A stretch of 64,000 bases of DNA, from assembly GCF_001194135.2 (NCBI RefSeq), contig NC_069002.1, positions 26,561,005 to 26,625,004 on the forward strand, written 5' to 3'. Each line of letters starts with the position of its first letter. Position 1 is the stretch's first letter. Of the stretch, positions 25,563-37,436 are shown one piece after another. The DNA comes from Octopus bimaculoides. Lineage: Eukaryota. Both the position numbers and the translations under genes were made by a program. The notes under the pieces were generated by a model. It was not told where the DNA came from and searched no databases. It saw nothing but the letters and a program-made list of their open reading frames with translations.

Positions 25563-26072
25563 CTGATTGGCAATATCATTACAAGAGTAATTGTCACTGG
25601 TGTTTCCATTCTGAGTTCAAATCCATCCATAGTACTTTTTATCCTCCCTGGGCCTATAAAATAAATTTATCAGCAATGTTATCTCTAAAGTGTAATAACC
25701 AGTATTTACAAAGAAGGAAAAAAATGCTTTATGCTGTACAATTTTTCTTTTTCCTGTCAGAATCATGCGTGGAATGACTGTTTAATTTTTATAATTTATT
25801 TATTACAATATTAATTGCACTATTAATTGCAACAGTCACGTACTGGGTGGGCAGGTGGGTGATATAATTGACTGCCCCCCATTAAGCTCCTATATTTCTG
25901 GTTTTGTATCTATGGTCATAAATTATTTATTCCAACATTATTTCAGATAACTAAACTTTCGTGCGTGCATTAATTGCCTTCATGCTACGTTAGCAAAAAA
26001 AACATGTGCACATGCGCTCAGCTTAGACAGCACAATGCAAGCAAATATGAGGGGAGGTGATCTCTCTCTTTA

Positions 26073-26105
<33 letters not shown>

Positions 26106-26314
26106 TTCTCTCTCTCACGTGCAGTTGGCTGTATGGTACTATGAAAGAATTTTAGTAGATCACTGACATTAACTCTTATCTTCAAGAAATGGAAGGGGAA
26201 TAGCTAAGGTCTACCAGCCCCCTTTTTATGCTACAAAAACCCTTCCAAAGAAAACAAATATGGCAGGAATAAACAGATGGCATTGTGCTGTTATAGCATG
26301 GAATGGTTCAATGC

Positions 26315-27140
26315 TTTGGTTTCCATCTTTCTGTCGAAATACACAGCCTTTGTTTCAGCTAATTTTAAAAATAATGAAGGCGCAGGAGTGGCTGTGTGGT
26401 AAGTAGCTTTCTTACCAACCACATAGTTCTGGGTTCAGTCCCACTGCGTGGCATCTTGGGCAAGTGTCTTCTACTATAACCTCGGGCCGACTAAAGCCTT
26501 GTGAGTGGATTTGGTAGACGGAAACTGAAAGAAGCCCGTCGTATATATGTATGTGTACATATATATGTGTGTGTATGTGTCTGTGTTTGTCCCCCTAGCA
26601 TTGCTTGACAACCAATGCTGGTGTGTTTATGTCCCCGTCACTTAGCGGTTCAGCAAAAGAGATCGATAGAATAAGTACTAGGCTTACAAAGAATAAGTCC
26701 CGGGGTCGATTTGCTCGACTAAAGGCGGTGCTCCAGCATGGCCGCAGTCAAATGACTGAAACAAGTAAAAGAGTAAAAAAGTATTTAATAAAATTTAATT
26801 GTCATGATAAAACTGATGTTTAAAACGCATGTTAACATGTAACTTTGAAGAAAGTTTTTAATGTAGATCACTTTAACACTTTTGTTTCCATTTTTCTGAT
26901 GAAACATTCTACCTTGTTTGAAATGATTTTGAAAATAATGAAGAATTAAGTAAAATAAAATAGTCATTATTAAACTGTTGTTTGAAACATGTATCAACAT
27001 GTAATTTTAAAGGAAGCTTATAATTTAGATCATTTTAACTCTCTTGGTTTTCTTTTTTCTGTCGAAACACACTACTTTGCTTCAAATAATTTTGAAAATA
27101 ATGAAGAATTTAGTAAAATAATTTTATCATTAAGAATATT
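26315..27140 (+). mobile_element. Tandem partial copies of MITE-like family E (first one split by SINE A)
   Basis: ttttgaaaataatgaagaatt…agtaaaataa repeated at about 26365, 26930 and 27092. Confidence 0.7.
26379..26777 (+). mobile_element. SINE family A, best full-length copy (~400 bp)
   Basis: A-box-like tggctgtgtggt, B-box-like ggttcagtccc, internal (TA)/(TG) tract, 3' gactgaaacaagtaaaagag. Confidence 0.92.
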
Positions 27141-27914
27141 GCATTTCTAAATCTCTGAGGGAGACTTATACAGTAGCAGCATGATAAAGTGATGGTTTGT
27201 TGCCAACTTAATGTGACAGTCCCAGGAAAGGGAAGAGTACTGCTGCTATTTAGCCCCAAGAAATATCGTTTCCAGTTGGCTATGTGACACAAGTGTTCTG
27301 TGTTCTTAAGTTTTCAAACAGGGGAGATAAGCACCTCCATCCAGCAAAGTCAGCATCCAGAGACTAGTTTCAGAGTTATTGCTCTTCAGCATGAAATTTT
27401 GATGGAAGGTTTTGATTTAGATTTCTGTGGTTCTCAACCATTTTTTACCTATGGACTTCCTTGATTCCCATTTTATTCAGATGGACCATCACAGCGATCC
27501 CTTGTGAACAAGTCTCACCAATATGTAAGGGATTCACTTGCAAACCTCCTTGAAAACATGTCTGGACGTTTTGTGCAGTTTAAATCTGAAGTGTGAACAG
27601 AAATATTACCTTACATGGAAACAGGTGATGGTTGGCAACAGCAAAAGCGTCCAACCTTGGAAGAAAAAAAAATATCCACCTGAACAACGAATTTCATCTG
27701 ATCCTTGCCACCATGGAAAAGTAGACATAAAAGCAAAAAACAAAATTGAAACAAAAAAGAAAAAAATGGTACCAGTGCTACTTTGGTGGGTGGGTTCTGT
27801 GGAATCTTGTCTTTTTGATAAAATTATTCCATTTCAGTTCTATTTGACTTAAATATTTTGAAAATCCTGTCTTATATTTAATATCTTCTTCTTATGATTC
27901 TTTTATATTTCCAG

Positions 27915-27967
27915 GTAAGTTGACTCTTCCTGCAAAGGATTCCTGCCAAAAGATTCACCAATTCTTG
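27915..27967 (+). CDS. Candidate exon ((G)KLTLPAKDSCQKIHQFL)
   Basis: Long pyrimidine tract ttcttcttatgattcttttatatttccag, donor TTG|gtaaac. Confidence 0.3.
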
Positions 27968-28564
27968 GTAAACCATAATTACTTTTCACTTACCATTCAT
28001 TAACAAGTTTTGGGGTTATTTGTAATTATTTTGTATCAAATTATATTTCTTGTTTATTTGCATGTGTTTAGTTTTTGTTTGTTTTTGTTTTTTCTAATTA
28101 TGTTTATGTGTGTATATATGTGTTTGCATCCATTGTGTTTATGAATGTGTGTGTTTGTGCGTGTGTTAGTGTTCATCCATGTGTGTGTGTGTTAGTGCAC
28201 ATCCATGTGTGTGTGTGTGTGTGTGCAATGGTATTTGTTATCCATGCATATATGTTTGTAGATTTGTTTACTACTGTATATATATCCTTGTGTTTCAACA
28301 TACATTTTGTGTTTGTGTATAGCAGCACATGTATATGTCTGTGTATATATGTCTACATGTGTATATATGTCTACATGTGTATGTATGTATCTGTGCAATG
28401 GTATTTCTTATCCATGCGTATGTGTTTGTTGATATCATGTATTATCCTTGTGTGTTTCAAGACACATTTGTGTTTGTGTACAGCTGTGTGTGTATGTGTA
28501 TATACAACAAAGTGTGTGTGTGTGTGTGTCTTTGTATGTATGTCTTCATGTATGTGTCAATATG

Positions 28565-28975
28565 ATCCAGTCATGCTTGTTGCACTGATCACTGTGATTC
28601 ATCCTCTCCAGTCTGTTTGGTCCGCCATTGCACGTGGTAAAGCTTCTCGGGTGCACTCACAGTCCTCACACTGTTGCTTTAAGTAGGGTTGATGTAGCTG
28701 ACCAGCATTTACATACCCATGCTTTAGGTCACTGATCATTTCATCCTTTGCTCTCCATCGATGTCCAGGAAATCCTGTTAACATATGATATCAGTGGTAA
28801 ATTACCCGAGAGAAATTCATTCGTAGGGTGTTGTCTCCAGATGTCTAGAACAGCTCAAAGCATTCTTGCAGAAGTTCCATCAATTTTCTTTCCAAGCTGT
28901 TTTGTTAGAGTCCATGTCCTACATCCATATAGTAGAACCAACCACACAACCATCTGAAAGAAGTTCTATATTTAA
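28565..28975 (-). mobile_element. RTE-clade LINE, 3' ORF fragment with stops and frameshifts
   Basis: VLLYGCRTWTLTKQLGKKIDGTSARML*AVLDIWRQHPTNEFLSGNLP then GHRWRAKDEMISDL…AMADQTDWR, typical post-RT RTE motifs. Confidence 0.8.
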
Positions 28976-29150
28976 GAGATGAGGAATTATGTACATTATT
29001 TACATTTGACGGATATTTGTCCTCATCTTGTTTGTTGTTAACACAATGTTTTGGCTGATATACCCTCCAGCCTTCATCAGGTGTCTTGGGGAAATTTCGA
29101 AACTAGGTTCTCATTCCTAAGGTATTTTTCGATGTTACTATTATTATTAT
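28975..29150 (-). mobile_element. Short repeat carrying a mutated minimal hammerhead (Penelope-like terminal repeat)
   Basis: Minus strand ACAC-CUGAUGA-A-GGCUG…CAGCC-AAAA-CAUU-GUGU at 29084-29041. Confidence 0.6.
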
Positions 29151-29541
29151 TATCATTATTATTATTACTGTTATTCTGGGGTTAGTAGCCCGCGCTCTTA
29201 ACCACTACGCCATATGCTCGTGGGCATCTGAAAGAAATTTCATTTCAAATTTAATGGGAATTTAGGTTTCCAGACGTACATGTATGTCTGCGAATTTGTT
29301 TCTATACTTGTGTGTATGTGTCCTCGTGCATTTGGGGACCCATCTTCAGGAACCCTTCCTTAAACATTTGAGTACATGTGCATGTGTGTATGGGAATGTA
29401 CATGCATAGGTGTGTTTGGAGGTTTATTCTACTTGCATTTATTAGTGTCTGATTGTTTGATGTAAATAACCAAATTCATTTAAAACTGAGAGCTTTATTG
29501 ATATCTGCTGGGATGTTTTAATCCCATTTTTTCTTCATATG

Positions 29542-29572
<31 letters not shown>

Positions 29573-30409
29573 GTGAGGACAGAGAGAAGGAGAGAGAGAT
29601 GTATCTTTATCTTTTATCATTTACTTGTTTCAGTCATTAGACTGGCCATGCTGGAGCACCAGCTTGGAGAGTTTTTAATCAAGTGAATCAACCCCAATAC
29701 TTATTATTGTAATCCTGGCACTTATTCTATCAGTCTCTACTGCCAAACCGCTACGTTACAGGACTTATACACACACACACACACACACATGCATTCTTCA
29801 AATGATTTACGCAAGTCTCTTCCACCATCACCACCACTGCCACTACATTACCTGATATCCTGTTGTAAATTCTGTGTCATAATGAGAGAACCTCTACATA
29901 GTGACCACCACCCCTAACCTGTTCTACCATCTACCTTTTCACCACGACACATATTCCATTTCCTCCAGACTCTTATTATTCTTTTACTGGTTTCAATCAA
30001 TGGACTGTGTCCACACTGCGACAACACCTTCCAGTGCTTTAGCTGATCGCATCAACCTCAATTCTTATTCCATTCTGCTAGTTTAGTTTATCGATCTGTA
30101 TTTATCGGTTCGGTAAATTACACTTTTAGACACAATGCTGAGTTCTACACTAGTAAACACACACAGACACACACACACACACACATACATACATGGACAT
30201 GTGCACATTATAAAACTAAACTAGTCTTGAGTAAGACTTTGAATCCTGTCTAATGGCTTATTTAAACCAGTCTTGTTGAATTCATCTCCACAAAACTAAA
30301 TTTAGAATAAATTTGGCTCTGTTTTTAGTATTGATTTCACCATTCCATTTGTAAATGGTCTGTTGTTGTTCCTTAAAATTCCTTTAAAATAACAACCCCA
30401 AAATTATCA

Positions 30410-30455
<46 letters not shown>

Positions 30456-30660
30456 CATGTATGTATGTATGTAGAAGTAAGGACCTAAATATGTCAAAGG
30501 ATGTTAAACATCCAAGTTTACTGGTTCAATTCAAAGCAAAGAATATATAAAAATGTATTGTGACACAAGTAGAAAGATAGATTTTATTCAACATGTAAAT
30601 ACTGAACAGTATATATATAAGGATAAAATCCTTTTTGAAAAGCAGAAAAATTTGCCAGCA

Positions 30661-30733
30661 GCCAGCCATGATGAACGAACTCACACCCCTCCAATATCCA
30701 CTTGGAATGCTCTACCATTTGAGCTAAACTACC
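30661..30733 (-). pseudogene. Degenerate 73 nt tRNA-like sequence (tRNA pseudogene or SINE head)
   Basis: TAGCTCAAATGGTAGAGC D-arm, ttccaa/ttggag anticodon stem with 7 nt loop, GAGTTCG T-loop, TTTTT about 11 nt downstream. Confidence 0.6.
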
Positions 30734-31494
30734 TGACCGATAAATTCTTCTGCAAATTTAGAAGTTATAGAGTCATCCAGAAATGCTAGATGTCGTATAG
30801 GTTATGTCCTATGTAAACAAACAAGTTTGTTTTCGAAACGTTGAAATGTATTGTAGAACAAGTAGAAAGATAAATTTTATTCAACGCATAAATACTGAAC
30901 AGTATATATATATATAAGGATAAAATCCATTTTTAAATGCAGAAAAATTTGCCAGCAGCCAACCACAATAAATGAAGTATAATAAGGAAAGGGAAAATAA
31001 AAGTTTAGACCTTACTTTATTCCAAGTTGGTACATATATTCAATAAAAACCCCAAGTTTTTTCCAAGTCTAATTAATTCAATACAAAATGAAATATAATC
31101 CTTTTGAAATCCCAAATTAGGCTTTTCCTCAGGAATTCATTATTGGAATGAATGGGTTCTACCAACAAAAATATAAAAACCTTTACAATAGCCCGGAAAG
31201 GAGCAAACAATTAAATTATGATAGAAAGAAATTAACCGAACGCCAAACGGATCAGAACCAGAAGAAACATATAAATCCACTTCAGTGTTGATTCAAATAA
31301 CAATTCACAGTTTATAAATACTTGTTAACGATATTTGCAGTTACCATCTATACAAAACAATATCAATCATCAATATATCATATGTCCGAAAAACAAACAC
31401 ACTCTAAAGCATAAAGCAGTTATGTATTTATATGCAGTTAAGTCTATGTCCAATCATAGAGTGACCACTGGTCACAATAGATAGATAGATATGA

Positions 31495-31950
31495 TGTGGC
31501 TGTGTTTGCCTCCCATCTTCACGGTTTTGGATTTGGTCCCACTGCATGGGACCCCAGACAAGTATCTTCTACTGTGGCCCTAGGTCGACCAAAGCCTTGT
31601 GAGTGAACTTGGTTTTAGTCAATACTAATTTGTAATGCGGCACTCAAGCATGGTTGATGCCAGTGCCGCCTGACTGGCTCCCATGCCAATGGCACGTAAA
31701 AAGCACCATTCGAGCATAGTCAATGCCAGTGCCACCTGGCTGGCCCCCGTGCTGGTGGCTCATAAAAAACACCCACTACATTCTCAGAGTGGTTGGCATT
31801 AGGAAGGGCATCCAACTGTAGAAAGCTTGCCTGATCAGATTCGAGTCTGGTGCAACCTCCTGGCTTGCCAGTCCTCAGTCAAACTGTCCAACCCATACTA
31901 GCATGGAAAGCAGACGTTAAACGATAATGATGATGATGATGATGATGATA
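31495..31950 (+). mobile_element. SINE A-like head joined to a family C body and tail
   Basis: tggctgtg…ggtcccactgc head; duplicated gccagtgcc…ggcacgtaaaaagcacc units; (GAT)n tail. Confidence 0.8.
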
Positions 31951-33249
31951 TATGCATTTCAAAAAGGATCAAGTGTCTTTTACTGCAGTCTCAGTCTGAC
32001 CAAAACTTTTTGAGTGGATTTGGTAGATGGAAACTAAAAGAAACCCATTGTGTGTTAGTGTTTGCGTTTGTCACCTCCACCTCACTCCATTGCTGCTTCA
32101 TATACAGTGTTGGTTTGTTTGCATCCCTGTAACTTATTGATTCAGCAAAAAAAACAAAAAAAAAACAGAATGACAGAATAAGTACCAGGCTTTAAAAAAT
32201 TAAGCACTGGGATTAATTTGTTCAAGTAAAACCCATGAAGGTGCTTGCTCCAGCATGGCCCAATGTCTAGTAACTGAAACAAGTAAAAGATAAAAGACTA
32301 GAATTCAAAGTGTGTATGCATATAGTTCACCAGTTGGACACACAGGCAGTCACCCGCCACCACCAACAGCACCAACACCACCACCACCACAAAAAAAATG
32401 GTTAATAACATAAAAAATTTTTTAAATGCTATACATTTCCTACTACCTGGGTATAATTAACATTATTGTTCTCTTGCAAATGAGCTACCTATTATTGCTT
32501 ATTGAGAAAATTGTTTAATGAGAGCTTGCAAGAATTTTATACTATTTCACATTGATTTGGAAAATTGTATCAGAAAACTGATTGAAACAAGCATAAACAA
32601 AATGAAACAAAATAGAATAAGGGGTGATTTCTGTGATTTTTCTTCTGGAACATTTCATTATTAGATAGGTTCTATGTATATTTTCCTGCACAGATATATA
32701 TTAATTTATTTGATTTGATTAAATATCAATATTCAATGAGCTTAGGTTTTTGGTTTAATATATAAACTACAATAAACATTAGAGTTGGTAATTAATCATT
32801 CTCCAGGCTTGTAACATTCTCAAATTCATTGCTATTCACACAATAAGTCGCACCCAATGGAAAACTAGGTTTGCAATGATAAGCGTCGAATGAATGATTT
32901 TTAATTTTAATCTTCTACTGTAAAGCAATATGAATTTATTGGTGAGAAGAATCTTAATTTTCAGTCCTCATTGTAGAATATTAATCACTCATCTCGTTAA
33001 ATAATTCATTAGACTTTGGGCAATTCTAATTGAACATTCATAAATGATATAATCCCTTGAGGAAAGTTAATCTTGTAAAGCTGTATTATCAAAATTGCTT
33101 GTATTTTTGCTCTCCTGCTTCATTCAGGACAATAAATTTGAGTAAAATCACATGAAACGTTTAAGCCTATAACTGAGATTTAGATTCTCACTCTAAGATT
33201 GATATTTATTGAAAATAGATGTCACTACTTGTACTACTGTATAACTTTA

Positions 33250-33875
33250 GCTGAATCTCCAGGGATGACAATTGTTTGTCACAATCTCCAGTGTTGATGC
33301 TCAACTGTATTGGAATCTCCAGTGATGACAGTCAGCTGTGTCATAATTTCCAGTGATGACATTGACAGTCAAGTGTGTCATAATCTCCAGTGATGACAGT
33401 CAAGTGTGTCATAATCTCCAGTATTGATAGTTAACTATGTTTTCATTTCCAGTGATGACAATTATTTGTCATAGTCAATAATGTTGACAGTCAGCTGTGT
33501 CATAATTTCCAGTGATGACATTGACAGTCAAGTATGTTATAATCTCCAGTGATGACAGTCAAGTGTGTCATAATCTCCAGTGATGACAGTCAAGTGTGTT
33601 ATAATCTCCAGTATTGATAGTTAACTATGTTTTCATCTCCAGTGATGATAATTATTTGTCATAATCAATAATGTTGACAGTCAACTGTGTTACAATTTTC
33701 AGTGTTGATGGTTAACTCTGCCACAATTTTCAGTAATGACAGTCAACTATGTTACAATCCCCAGTGATGATGGTTGACTGTCAACTGTGTCATAATCTCC
33801 AGTAATGACAGTAAACTATACAATATTCTACAGAGATGACTGTCAACTGTGTCCAATCTCCACTAATGACTGACA
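33250..33875. repeat. 31 bp minisatellite, about 20 units, with higher-order repeat
   Basis: Consensus aatctccagtgatgacagtcaagtgtgtcat; variant order repeats at 33331 and 33490. Confidence 0.95.
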
Positions 33876-34015
33876 AAATTTCCTTTTGGCAGTGGATTGG
33901 CTTAATCATTGACATATTAGAAAAATGCCCTATATTATTTGTTCTGATTCTTTACATTGCAAGTTAAAATCCTGCTGAGGTCAACTTTGCCTTTCATTCA
34001 TCCAGGGTCAAACTT

Positions 34016-34243
34016 TTAACTCTTTAGCATTTAAACCAGCTTCATCCAGATTGAATATTCCATTTGTTTCATATTCAATCCAGCCAGGTCCAGCCTGTCG
34101 CAGCTACCCTACAACGTCATTTCAAAAATAAACAATCACATCATTCAAATCTTGAAGCTACAGGATAATGGAGGATTAATTCAAAACAATGTGAATAAAT
34201 AAGCATTACGTTTGATAGAGAAATTTGAATGCTTTAGGGTTAA
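34016..34243. mobile_element. piggyBac-like MITE family D
   Basis: TTAA-c(t)ctttagcatt … aatgctttaggg-TTAA terminal inverted repeats, ~228 bp. Confidence 0.8.
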
Positions 34244-34464
34244 AGTATGAGTCTGGCATCAGGGGCAATGGAATTGAAAGCCCCCTCCTCTCAAAAAACA
34301 CTGGCCTTGTTCCTAAATCCCATGTAACTCTGTATTTTGAAACTAGAGTGAAACAGCGTTTCAGTGACACTGTGGTTTTAGATATCTGATGAAATATTTC
34401 GAAATATAACATTTATGATAGTAGCACAATATCACTGGTGAGATCATCCTTCGTCTGGAAAGTA

Positions 34465-34506
<42 letters not shown>

Positions 34507-34697
34507 CACGCACACACACATACATACACACACATGCACACACATACATACACATGCATGCACACACATGCATGCACACACATACAGACATCTTTTCATA
34601 ACTTATATAAAATGTTAACAATGCAACATTATAGACAGTATCTTGTATAAAATTATAACAATGTGGTATTTCTGTTACTCTCTGTCCACTCTCTCCC

Positions 34698-34734
<37 letters not shown>

Positions 34735-35004
34735 ATTTGTCTTTGCATAACATTTTAATCAATCCATTTATCCAGTCCTACCTACCTACCTATTTATCTA
34801 CCTACCTACCTACCTACCTATCTATTTATATATCTATCTATTTGCCTGTCTGTCTATCTATCTATCTATCTCTCTTCCTACATATCTACCTATCTATCTA
34901 TGTTTCTATCTATTTATCCACCCATCTATCTATCTCACTCACTTATTCATTCCACTCACCCACTTCTATCTTTTTTTCTGTGCACATGTTTTTAGATAAC
35001 ATTT

Positions 35005-35094
<90 letters not shown>

Positions 35095-35097
<3 letters not shown>

Positions 35098-35290
35098 GTG
35101 AGGAGAATTTACAACAAAAACAAAAGATGAAGACAGATATGTAAACAACAAACAGATGTATAAGTTTAACGCTCGAGAAATGAGAAAGTCTTTTACGTTT
35201 CGAGCCTACGCTCTTTGACAGAAAGGAACACAGATATAAACAGAAAAAATAGAAAAAGGTTTAGTGGCTAGCGATCTATCATAGCAAATA
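35095..35290 (-). mobile_element. Short repeat with a degenerate minimal hammerhead
   Basis: Minus strand CUUU-CUGUCAA-A-GAGC-GUAG-GCUC-GAAA-CGUA-AAAG at 35225-35190. Confidence 0.55.
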
Positions 35291-36089
35291 TATATATATA
35301 TATATANNNNNNNNNNNNNNNNNNNNNNNNNNNNNNNNNNNNNNNNNNNNNNNNNNNNNNNNNNNNNNNNNNNNNNNNNNNNNNNNNNNNNNNNNNNNNN
35401 NNNNNNNNNNNNNNNNNNNNNNNNNNNNNNNNNNNNNNNNNNNNNNNNNNNNNNNNNNNNNNNNNNNNNNNNNNNNNNNNNNNNNNNNNNNNNNNNNNNN
35501 NNNNNNNNNNNNNNNNNNNNNNNNNNNNNNNNNNNNNNNNNNNNNNNNNNNNNNNNNNNNNNNNNNNNNNNNNNNNNNNNNNNNNNNNNNNNNNNNNNNN
35601 NNNNNNNNNNNNNNNNNNNNNNNNNNNNNNNNNNNNNNNNNNNNNNNNNNNNNNNNNNNNNNNNNNNNNNNNNNNNNNNNNNNNNNNNNNNNNNNNNNNN
35701 NNNNNNNNNNNNNNNNNNNNNNNNNNNNNNNNNNNNNNNNNNNNNNNNNNNNNNNNNNNNNNNNNNNNNNNNNNNNNNNNNNNNNNNNNNNNNNNNNNNN
35801 NNNNNNNNNNNNNNNNNNNNNNNNNNNNNNNNNNNNNNNNNNNNNNNNNNNNNNNNNNNNNNNNNNNNNNNNNNNNNNNNNNNNNNNNNNNNNNNNNNNN
35901 NNNNNNNNNNNNNNNNNNNNNNNNNNNNNNNNNNNNNNNNNNNNNNNNNNNNNNNNNNNNNNNNNNNNNNNNNNNNNNNNNNNNNNNNNNNCTATAGTCT
36001 GCAGATAATCGAGGTATGTACAATTTTCACTGGTCTAGCCCACCTGTTTTTGCTCCGCTGAATCCGTATTTGAGAAACTTTTAAGTGAG

Positions 36090-36141
<52 letters not shown>

Positions 36142-36692
36142 TACATACATACACATGCATATATGGGTACAGGACGTTGCCAAACAGTAAACAACATGAA
36201 ATACGAAAACAAATGAGTTCAATACGCAAACATCAAGAGAAACAAATGGAAAACAGGACAAGTAGCATAAGGAACGACCCTTCGTCAGTTGTCGGCTGTC
36301 TATCTACTCCACATTTCGAGCATTGAATGATAATATGAGTCTTCGAAGGCAGTTGCTCCCATATGTGCCCAAATAAAATTTGGGATTTATGGAGGGTGAA
36401 GGTTGGGAGTAAAAACAGGACAGTGGAGACATGCAAGGAAACCGAACGAAAACAACCATGGGTGGGGGGGCGTTAGACCAGAACGAGGGTATAGCGAATA
36501 TATATATATATATCTATATATATATACACACACACATTCTATATTTCTTTTTTTTTCATGTTTTCATGTGTCAACCAAGTTCCTTTTCAGTACATTTTAA
36601 TATTTTAAAAAATATATTTCTTTCATACTTTTTCTTTCTGCCTTTGTTGAGTGTGTATGTGTGTGTATCTATGTGTGTGTGTTTGACTTCAG

Positions 36693-36893
36693 CACCAGAA
36701 AATCTGCCCTCCCCCCTCCAAAAAAAACCCCACTACTAAACCATGTCTGGCTCCCAAACTGTCCAATCGAATGGCCAACACCCAAACAACTTCACCGAAT
36801 CCTTTAAAATTAAATCTTGGCCCCAAAACAACTTCTGGTCTGAAACAGTTGATGCCAAATGGATCCACATCTGATTCAGCAAAAAAAAAGTAG
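36693..36893 (+). CDS. Candidate terminal exon, 66 aa, Pro/Lys/Ser/Thr-rich
   Basis: Acceptor gtttgacttcag; HQKICPPPSKKNPTTKPCLAPKLSNRMANTQTTSPNPLKLNLGPKTTSGLKQLMPNGSTSDSAKKK*. Confidence 0.25.
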   Translation, partial: HQKICPPPSKKNPTTKPCLAPKLSNRMANTQTTSPNPLKLNLGPKTTSGLKQLMPNGSTSDSAKKK

Positions 36894-37052
36894 AACAGCG
36901 GAGATAAAATTGGTGGCATCAAAACATTCCAAACTCAAAGAAAATACATTGTCTGATGCTGTAGAAAATTGTTGTTCTTCTCCTTCCTGCTGTTGTTGTT
37001 GTTGTTACTGCCCTAGTTTTTGCTTAATCTCCTAGTCATACCAATTCACATG

Positions 37053-37436
37053 TGGAGGCGCAATGGCCCAGTGGTTAGGGCAGCGGACTCGCGGTCATAG
37101 GATCGCGGTTTCGATTCCTAGACCGGACGTTGTGAGTGTTTATTGAGCGAAGACACCTAAAAGCTCCACGTGGCTCCGGCAGGGGATGGTGGCGAACCCT
37201 GCTGTACTCTTCCACCACAACTTTCTCTCTCTCTTACTTCCTGTTTCTGTTGTACCTGTAATTCAAAGGGTCAGCCTTGTCACACTCTGAGTCACGCTGA
37301 ATATCCCCGAGAACTACGTTAAGGGTACACGTGTCTGTGGAGTGCTCAGCCACTTGCACGCTAATTTCACGAGCAGGCTGTTCCGTTGATCGGATCAACT
37401 GGAACCCTCGACGTCGTAAGCGACGGAGTGCCGCCA
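37053..37436 (+). mobile_element. SINE family O, full length, young
   Basis: A-box TGGCCCAGTGG, B-box GGTTTCGATTCC; TSD cc(a/t)attcacatg at 37041-37052 and 37437-37448; CpGs retained. Confidence 0.92.

Noticed and set aside
31016-31403. Two minus-strand exon-like segments (SVFVFRTYDILMIDIVLYR; TWKKLGVFIEYMYQLGI)
   Set aside because: Phases are incompatible (joining creates TGA) and the region is very AT-rich; may be chance or non-coding
34386-34410. CUGAUGA-aauauuuc-GAAA
   Set aside because: Stem II cannot form properly and there is no stem I; chance motif
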